Source of the DNA: an uncultured Nitrospiraceae bacterium
GTDB taxonomy: Bacteria; Nitrospirota; Thermodesulfovibrionia; Thermodesulfovibrionales; Dissulfurispiraceae
DNA length: 33,348 nt
Direction: 5' to 3'
Assembly (NCBI GenBank): GCA_947085205.1
Contig: CAMTVO010000029.1
Span: 1-33,348 of the forward strand
In this document: piece after piece, positions 27,438-33,348 of the stretch
Numbering within the stretch: the stretch's first letter is position 1
Layout of the letters: each line of letters opens with the position of its first letter
Position numbers and translations under genes: made by a program
The notes under the pieces: generated by a model
Told to the model about the DNA's origin: nothing
Databases searched by the model: none
The model's input: only the letters and a program-made list of their open reading frames with translations

Positions 27438-27440
27438 TTT

Positions 27441-28448
27441 TTACTTCATCATCTCTTCAATAGTTATCTTTACAGATTCGGCAAGCGCCTCCAAATCATA
27501 ACCTCCTTCAAGGGCAAATACGACGGGAAGTTGAGAGTTTGGAGACTTCGGCGAGCCATTCGGCCCGAGCTCAGGCCGAGGGCGCAGTCGAGCCGGTCGG
27601 AGTTTAGAGTTTGATGAAGCACATGAAAGGATAGCACTTACAATTCCCCTTATCCCTTCGTCAGAAACCCTTATGCTTGCAAGCGGGTCTTCTGTGCGGA
27701 TGTCATAGCCGGCAGAAACAAGGATTATATCCGGTGCGAATCTCCTTACAAGGTCTGGGAGTATGTCGTGATAAATATGGAAGTGGTCATTATCACCTGA
27801 ACCGGATTTCATAGGAACATTGTAAGTATATCCTTTGCCTTTCCCTTTTCCACTTTCTGACTCGCTTCCTGTTCCGGGATAATGAGGATACTGATGCGTG
27901 CTGAAATAAAATACTGTGTCATCCTCTTCAAATATATGCTGCGTGCCGTTTCCATGATGAACATCAAAGTCTATGATGAAAACCTTTTCATATCCAATCT
28001 TCTGGGCATATCTTGCTCCAACGGCAACATTATTGAATATACAGAATCCCATTGCCCTGTCAGCCTCTGCATGATGTCCTGGGGGTCTGACAGCACAGAA
28101 TGCCCGCTGTATTTCACCGTCATGGCATCTTTCCACAGCCTCGATTACTGCACCTGCTGCATACAATGCTGCCTCGAGGCTGTCTTTTGACATATATGTG
28201 TCGCCGTCGAGATAACCTACGCCGAAGCTTTTTATTTTTTCGATGTAAGCATTTGTATGTGCGAGGGCAATGTCTTCATAGTCTGCCTTACGTGGTTTTA
28301 TGTGAATGAGCTTTTCCCATAGTTCTGAATTTTGCAGGGCATTCAAGATGGCTGTCAGCCTTCCTTTTGTTTCGGGATGCCATTGAGGGGTCTCGTGTTT
28401 CAGGAAGACATCATCGTATATGAATCCGGCTTTATTCACAATTTTCAT
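27441..28448 (-). CDS. histone deacetylase-family (AcuC/AphA-like) Zn-dependent deacetylase
   Basis: HPE, RPPGHHA, GFCIFNN, DFDVHHGNGTQ, SAGYD, LEGGY. Confidence 0.93.
   Translation of the reverse strand: MKIVNKAGFIYDDVFLKHETPQWHPETKGRLTAILNALQNSELWEKLIHIKPRKADYEDIALAHTNAYIEKIKSFGVGYLDGDTYMSKDSLEAALYAAGAVIEAVERCHDGEIQRAFCAVRPPGHHAEADRAMGFCIFNNVAVGARYAQKIGYEKVFIIDFDVHHGNGTQHIFEEDDTVFYFSTHQYPHYPGTGSESESGKGKGKGYTYNVPMKSGSGDNDHFHIYHDILPDLVRRFAPDIILVSAGYDIRTEDPLASIRVSDEGIRGIVSAILSCASSNSKLRPARLRPRPELGPNGSPKSPNSQLPVVFALEGGYDLEALAESVKITIEEMMK
27528..27613. repeat. heptamer array interrupted by a GC-rich palindromic element, in frame within HDAC
   Basis: AAGTTGA-GAGTTTG-GAG[~51-bp GC-rich hairpin]GTCG-GAGTTTA-GAGTTTG. 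Confidence 0.85.
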
Positions 28449-28574
28449 TGCTTCTCCCGAAAGTTGTCATTTGCTTGTCCAATTTTACCATACATATTAG
28501 TTTGTTTTGATATAATATTGGATGAAGGTCAGCCGTGCTTACCTGTGAATACCTAAATAAAGCGGAGAGTTTAT

Positions 28575-30173
28575 ATGGATAAACAATTTGGCGAGATACT
28601 CCCAGAGGAGACAAAGAAGGTTCTCAGGGACACTTTTAAGGATCTTATAGAAAAAGTTTTTCTTGAAGTCTTCATAAAAGACGATAAAGATGACCAGTTC
28701 AGCGCATTTACAACAGAGCTTATAAAAGGTATTTCCACGCTCACTGATAAAATCGAGGCTAAATTTTATAAATCTACAGATGAAACAACGCGGAATAGAA
28801 ACATAACGAGGTTTCCTGCCATTCTGATAAACCCCGATAGATACAATATCAGATATGTAGGCTCTCCGCTCGGAGAAGAGGGACGCACCTTGATAATGGC
28901 AATAATGGTTGCCTCGAACAACGGCACTATACTTTCTGATACGGCATTAAAGAGGCTTTATGAATTGAAAGCACCGAGACATATCCAGATATTTGTTTCA
29001 CCGACCTGTCCGTACTGTCCCCAGCAGGCTCTAAATGCAATCTCTGCCGCAATCGCAGTACCCGGGCTGATAACATCAGAAATAATCGAGATGTACGAGA
29101 ACAGGGATTATATAGATAGGTATCATATTGTCACTGTTCCGTTTACAGTTATCAATGATATGCCGATTGGAACAGGAGTTAAGCCTCCTGAGATATTTGT
29201 AGAGGAGATACACAACATCTCGCCGGTAGAGAAGACATTTGTTACGGTCCCAGGCGAGACTATAAATGTTGATATTGTTATTGTCGGCGGTGGGCCTGCA
29301 GGACTTACCTCTGGGATATACGCAGGCAGGAGCGGCTTAAAAACAGTGATTCTGGAAAGGACCACTGTCGGAGGGCAGGTGCTTGTAACACCTGTTGTTG
29401 AAAATTATCCGGGATTCAGCAAGATAGCCGGAAAGACCCTTGTAGATATAATGTATCAGCAGGCATTGCGATATGCGCACATATTCGAGGGAGAGGGCGT
29501 TATTGATGTAAAAAAGTCTGATGATATGTTCGAGTTGAAAACCAACAGGCGGACATTCAATGCAAAGGGGATAATTATCGCCACAGGCGCTGAGCATAAA
29601 AAACTCGATGTCCCGGGACAAAAGAGCCTTTATGGAAAGGGAGTTAGCTATTGTGCTACATGCGACGGATATTTCTTCAAGGATGGCAAGAAGGTCATTG
29701 TAGTAGGAGGTGGCAATACGGCTGTTACAGATGCGTTGTATCTGCACAACATAGGGGCAAAGGTATCATTGGTTCACAGGAGAGATAGACTGCGTGCAGA
29801 GGCATTTCTCCAGAAGAGTTTGTCAGATAATAAGATACCTGTTTATTGGAATACAGTGGTGAAGGAAATAATAGGTAAAGATCATGTGGGAGGTGTCAGG
29901 CTCCAGAACCTAAAAGATAATTCTGTAAAGATTCTGGAAGTTGATGGTGTATTTATTGCTGTAGGATATGAGCCCAATAATGAGATTGCAAAGATGCTTG
30001 GTCTTGTAATGGACAAAGAAGGCTATATTAAAGTGGATGCAAAACAGAGGACATCCATGCGCATGGTATATGCTGCAGGTGATGTAACTGGTGGTGTCAA
30101 GCAGATAGTGACTGCTGTGGGGCAGGGTGCCATTGCAGCCATAACTGCCTTTGAAGACCTGTCCAGTCCTTGA
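28575..30173 (+). CDS. thioredoxin reductase fused to an AhpF-NTD/PDO-like thioredoxin-fold domain
   Basis: N-terminal CPYC; GGGPAG, GVSYCATCDG, VGGGNTA, HRRD, YAAGD. Confidence 0.9.
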   Translation: MDKQFGEILPEETKKVLRDTFKDLIEKVFLEVFIKDDKDDQFSAFTTELIKGISTLTDKIEAKFYKSTDETTRNRNITRFPAILINPDRYNIRYVGSPLGEEGRTLIMAIMVASNNGTILSDTALKRLYELKAPRHIQIFVSPTCPYCPQQALNAISAAIAVPGLITSEIIEMYENRDYIDRYHIVTVPFTVINDMPIGTGVKPPEIFVEEIHNISPVEKTFVTVPGETINVDIVIVGGGPAGLTSGIYAGRSGLKTVILERTTVGGQVLVTPVVENYPGFSKIAGKTLVDIMYQQALRYAHIFEGEGVIDVKKSDDMFELKTNRRTFNAKGIIIATGAEHKKLDVPGQKSLYGKGVSYCATCDGYFFKDGKKVIVVGGGNTAVTDALYLHNIGAKVSLVHRRDRLRAEAFLQKSLSDNKIPVYWNTVVKEIIGKDHVGGVRLQNLKDNSVKILEVDGVFIAVGYEPNNEIAKMLGLVMDKEGYIKVDAKQRTSMRMVYAAGDVTGGVKQIVTAVGQGAIAAITAFEDLSSP

Positions 30174-30245
30174 TTTTAGGATAACAAATGAAAGATTAAA
30201 AGAAGATTAAAGGCGGTGCATTTGAATATAAGAAAAAAAGAGACA

Positions 30246-30264
30246 CCCTGCACATTATGCAGGG
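30246..30264 (-). terminator. probable terminator between convergent trxR and cytochrome genes
   Basis: CCCTGCA-catta-TGCAGGG followed on the minus strand by TGTCTCTTTTTTT. Confidence 0.5.
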
Positions 30265-30301
30265 CATTTCATTCGGAGGGATTAGCTATGGAGATAAGTG
30301 G

Positions 30302-30751
30302 TTACTTTCCAAAAGTCTGGTGGCAGTTTACACAGCCATCAAGAAGCTTTTTTGTCAGCGATAACATCAGTTTTTGCTTATTTTTGTGTGATGCGTGCGC
30401 CAGCGCCTCAAGATTTTTGTGGAACTCCTTGTCCATTTTCACGAACTCTTTAACCCTGTGTGCATTCTTTGGTATCTTTACTGCTCCTGCAATAACTCCT
30501 TCGTGAGTCTTCTCCATTGTGCCGTGCATGGATTCAAGCGCCTTGTGTGCTCTTTCACTGTCTCCCATTGCTACTGCAGAAACTACTTCGCGGAATGCAC
30601 TATCCAGAATCACCATTTCTTCAATCAATGGGTTTGTACCTGAATGCACTTCTTTTCCATCTTGCGAATTATGATGTTTTTGACCTGCTGAGAGAAACAC
30701 CGGCAATACTGCAAATGAAAGGATTACGACTGTTATTGCGACTCTTTTCAT
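30302..30751 (-). CDS. exported monoheme class II (cytochrome c'-like) cytochrome c
   Basis: Signal peptide, helical body, single C-terminal CVNCH; start MKRV with GAGGAGG RBS. Confidence 0.8.
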   Translation of the reverse strand: MKRVAITVVILSFAVLPVFLSAGQKHHNSQDGKEVHSGTNPLIEEMVILDSAFREVVSAVAMGDSERAHKALESMHGTMEKTHEGVIAGAVKIPKNAHRVKEFVKMDKEFHKNLEALAHASHKNKQKLMLSLTKKLLDGCVNCHQTFGK

Positions 30752-30812
30752 TTTAAACCTCCTCGAAAAGAATTTGTGGATATAAATATATACTGCCTGC
30801 AAGCAACGGCTG

Positions 30813-30828
30813 TATGATTTAAATCATA
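30813..30828. promoter_or_regulatory. CRP/FNR-family-like operator
   Basis: Perfect palindrome TATGATTTAAATCATA (ATGAT-N4-ATCAT), about 30 bp upstream of a TATATT -10 candidate (30785..30790, minus strand). Confidence 0.6.
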
Positions 30829-30913
30829 TTATGCTATTATCCTTGAATGCATTGTTTCTCTTGATAAATTATGCATCATCCGCTATGATTTAAAGAAAAG
30901 AGTAGGAGGCAGC

Positions 30914-31138
30914 ATGATTACCAAAGAGCAGGTCGAAGGTGTTCTGGATAAAATCAGGGTAGGCCTTAAGACAGAAGGCGGAGATGTTGAATTAATCGAC
31001 ATAAAAGACGATATAATATATGTGAGGCTGACGGGTGCATGCGGCACTTGTCCAATGTCTACGTTAACTTTAAAGAACTGGGTTGAAACAACCATGAAAA
31101 AAGAAATACCGGAGGTTAAGGCAGTACAGGCGATATGA
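30914..31138 (+). CDS. NifU-C/Nfu-domain Fe-S carrier protein
   Basis: EGGDVEL, GACGTCPMSTLTLK; AGGAGG RBS. Confidence 0.92.
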   Translation: MITKEQVEGVLDKIRVGLKTEGGDVELIDIKDDIIYVRLTGACGTCPMSTLTLKNWVETTMKKEIPEVKAVQAI

Positions 31139-32445
31139 TTAAACAGCAGTCAGCAGTCAGCAGTCAGCAGTCGGCAGTCGGCAGAGAAAAGATATTTTTG
31201 AAAACAATCTGCTTACTGCTTACTGCTTACTGCTTACTTATCTTTCCTGCCATAGGCAGTTCTGAAGAGACAATAGAGGTAAAGGGTCTCAGGCATTGGT
31301 CTACCTCTGAATACATAAGGGTTGTGATTGACCTCTCAGGACCTGCTGAATTCACCAAAGGAAAACTATCCAATCCGGAAAGGCTCTTCTTTGACATCAG
31401 GAATGCAAGGCTTATAAAGGGTATCCAGACAAACATTTCAATCGGCGGCAAAGCATTGAAAATGGTGCGTATGGGCCAGTTCAACGCCAATACGGTAAGA
31501 ATTGTTTTTGACCTTGAAACACCGGATTATGATTTCAAGGTTTTCAGCCTTGAAGACCCAGCTCGGCTTGCAATAGATATCTATTCGAAAGAAGCAAGAG
31601 AAAATAAAGGCGACATAAAGACAGAGGCAAAAATAGAAGACAGAAGACAGAGGACAGAAGACAGGATAGCAGAAAGAATTTTTGTGCAGAGAAGAATTGT
31701 GGTGGATCCAGGACACGGCGGACACGACCCGGGCGCTGTAGGCCCAAACGGCCTTTACGAAAAGGATGTTGTTCTGGACATAGCACTTAAAGTAAGAGAT
31801 ATTATAAAAAGAGAGTATCCACACTATGAAGTTGTTTTAACCCGCGATACCGATGTCTTTATTCCCCTTAAGGACAGGGCAAGGATTGCAAACAATACAG
31901 GCGCAGACCTTTTCTTATCGATTCACGCAAATGCGAGTCCGAACAAACAAGCGCGAGGCATAGAGACATACTTTCTTAACTGGACGGACGACGAAGATGC
32001 GTTGAGGGTTGCCGCGAGGGAAAACGCCATATCGGTAAAGAAGATGAAACAGGTGCAAAGCGAGCTCGGCGTTATCCTCGCTTCGCTCGACAGGGACAGA
32101 AAAAGGGACGACTCTATTAAACTTGCAGGCAACATCCATAAGGCAATTGTTGAAAATATAAAGCCGCAATACCCGAAGGTGAACGACCTCGGTATTAAGA
32201 GCGCGCTATTTTATGTGCTTGTTGATGCGGAAATGGCTTCAGCCCTTGCAGAGGTTTCGTTTATAAGCAACAAGGAAGAAGAGAAGCTGTTATCAGACGA
32301 TGAATATAGACGGCAACTGGCCTATTCTCTTGTTGCCGGAATAAACTCCTATTTTTCAGCGGCACCCAAGCAGAAGATTGCAATGCATAAAAAATCCTCG
32401 GGCGGAATTTATAAGGCAAAGCGTGTCAAATACACGCGCCGATAG
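31135..32445 (+). CDS. amiC: N-acetylmuramoyl-L-alanine amidase (AMIN + Amidase_3, AmiC-like)
   Basis: AMIN-like RVVIDL...PERLFFDI; DPGHGGHDPGA, EKDVVL, LSIHANAS, AEVSFISN. Confidence 0.92.
   Translation: MIKQQSAVSSQQSAVGREKIFLKTICLLLTAYCLLIFPAIGSSEETIEVKGLRHWSTSEYIRVVIDLSGPAEFTKGKLSNPERLFFDIRNARLIKGIQTNISIGGKALKMVRMGQFNANTVRIVFDLETPDYDFKVFSLEDPARLAIDIYSKEARENKGDIKTEAKIEDRRQRTEDRIAERIFVQRRIVVDPGHGGHDPGAVGPNGLYEKDVVLDIALKVRDIIKREYPHYEVVLTRDTDVFIPLKDRARIANNTGADLFLSIHANASPNKQARGIETYFLNWTDDEDALRVAARENAISVKKMKQVQSELGVILASLDRDRKRDDSIKLAGNIHKAIVENIKPQYPKVNDLGIKSALFYVLVDAEMASALAEVSFISNKEEEKLLSDDEYRRQLAYSLVAGINSYFSAAPKQKIAMHKKSSGGIYKAKRVKYTRR
31144..31238. repeat. bipartite inverted heptamer array forming the amidase N-terminus
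   Basis: (CAGCAGT)4CGGCAGT-CGGCAG, 24-bp spacer, (CTGCTTA)4CT. Confidence 0.95.
31635..31664. repeat. heptamer array in the amidase interdomain linker
   Basis: AGAAGAC-AGAAGAC-AGAGGAC-AGAAGAC-AG; encodes EDRRQRTEDR. Confidence 0.9.
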
Positions 32446-32503
32446 ACGCATGCTCCGATAGAAACTGCAAAGATACCCTTCAACTAAAATACGAAAGAAG
32501 GGG

Positions 32504-32540
32504 AAATAATTGAGGGATTCGAGAAATCCCTCAATTATTT
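32504..32540 (+). terminator. intrinsic terminator after the amidase gene
   Basis: 16-bp stem AAATAATTGAGGGATT/AATCCCTCAATTATTT, T-rich 3' end. Confidence 0.75.
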
Positions 32541-32542
32541 TG

Positions 32543-32571
32543 TTGCTAATTATCCGCAGACGTGTTATTCT
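32543..32571 (+). promoter_or_regulatory. sigma70-like promoter candidate for csp
   Basis: TTGCTA-17 bp-TATTCT with a TG extended -10. Confidence 0.5.
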
Positions 32572-32687
32572 ACAAATAGAGTTTCAGAAGTTTTTAGACC
32601 ATTCAAGGCCACAAAGACTTTTAGCTTTGTGGCTTTTTTATTTGTGCCCTTCTGAAAGTTCAATTCACAAGTAAGGAGGTACGCAAA

Positions 32688-32888
32688 ATGACAGAAGGAA
32701 CAGTAAAGTGGTTCAACGAGTCCAAGGGTTTTGGCTTTATTACGAGCGAAGACGGCAGTGATGTATTTGTCCACTATTCCTCTATCCAAAGCAATGGATT
32801 CAAATCCCTTGCCGAGGGTGACAGGGTCAGCTTTGATACCGAAAAAGGCCCTAAGGGTCCCAAGGCAATCAACGTCGTAAGACAGTAA
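32688..32888 (+). CDS. cspA: cold-shock protein
   Basis: GTVKWFN, KGFGFI (RNP1), VFVHYS (RNP2); AAGGAGGT RBS. Confidence 0.97.
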   Translation: MTEGTVKWFNESKGFGFITSEDGSDVFVHYSSIQSNGFKSLAEGDRVSFDTEKGPKGPKAINVVRQ

Positions 32889-32898
32889 GGAACTGAAG

Positions 32899-32939
32899 AG
32901 AGCAAAACTCCCTGCTTATTGCATGGGGTTTTGCTCTTT
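32899..32939 (+). terminator. hairpin after csp
   Basis: AGAGCAAAAC...GTTTTGCTCT stem followed by a short T run. Confidence 0.6.
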
Positions 32940-32952
32940 AAGGAGGAATCAC

Positions 32953-33327
32953 ATGAGCAGCAAGCTAAAGAATGCTGAACGGCTCCAAAGAAAGCAACAG
33001 AAGGCTGATGCAGGTCTGATGTCTGCACGTTATCCAGATGTTGCATCTGTCATTATTTTCATGAACTACTATCAGAGGAGCACTGGTCCGGCGATTATGC
33101 AGCGTACGGTCAATTTTTTCCCCGGAAGTGCTGCGTATTTCCACATGGAATGCATGAAACAGGATTGCATTGACGGCGGCTTTGATCTGGAGCCGATTAT
33201 TACGACCATAGCGAAAGGTCGTCTGGGGTCGGGGAACGGGGAACTTGTCTGCCCAGGAAACGATTCCTCATGCCATGCACGGATCGATTACAAGATTACC
33301 ATACAATATAACGACACTTCCCGTTAG
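32953..33327 (+). CDS. hypothetical Cys-containing protein (124 aa)
   Basis: AAGGAGG RBS before ATG 32953; ECMKQDCIDGGFDL...CPGNDSSCH. Confidence 0.7.
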   Translation: MSSKLKNAERLQRKQQKADAGLMSARYPDVASVIIFMNYYQRSTGPAIMQRTVNFFPGSAAYFHMECMKQDCIDGGFDLEPIITTIAKGRLGSGNGELVCPGNDSSCHARIDYKITIQYNDTSR

Positions 33328-33348
33328 AACAACGCAGCGCTGGGTTAA

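Noticed and set aside
30191..30212. AAGATTAAA duplicated after trxR
   Set aside because: Two copies of low-complexity A-rich sequence.
2567..31664. Micro-arrays as CRISPR arrays or classical phase-variation tracts
   Set aside because: There are no spacers and the units differ at each locus. Most sit in essential cytoplasmic enzymes and all host ORFs are in frame, so on/off switching is an unlikely general role.
1..33348. tRNA, rRNA, transposase, integrase or reverse transcriptase genes
   Set aside because: None recognised; all long ORFs are accounted for and the intergenic gaps show no cloverleaf or rRNA signatures by eye.

Overview
About 40% GC bacterial chromosome segment, most likely Nitrospirota/Thermodesulfovibrionia-like (inferred from gene content and order, not from a search). 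It is mostly housekeeping: minus-strand argG-dprA-smg-like-topA-P-loop protein-ccsA/hemX-hemA-[vapBC]-hemC-cobA/hemD; GYD, panC, an ATP-dependent DNA ligase, DUF488 and glgC; fabG-acpP-fabF-rnc-MFS; a MurC/Mpl-like ligase divergent from an aldehyde:ferredoxin oxidoreductase plus class II aldolase; an HDAC-family deacetylase, an AhpF-NTD/TrxR fusion, a c-type cytochrome, nfu, an amidase and csp. The first 2 kb is accessory: two attC-like sites bracket a ~1.75 kb cassette-like segment of restriction-modification genes and fragments, with no integrase in view. The main signal is below gene scale. At least 13 short 7-, 8- or 9-nt tandem arrays are present, each with a different unit. Eleven lie in frame inside conserved genes (cobA/hemD, hemC x2, P-loop protein, topA x2, aldolase x3, HDAC, amidase x2). 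Three are pairs of inverted arms, one hosts a nested palindromic insertion, and one encodes the hydrophobic core of a signal peptide. This suggests an active repeat-writing or insertion process that is remodelling proteins; its enzyme is not in this window.
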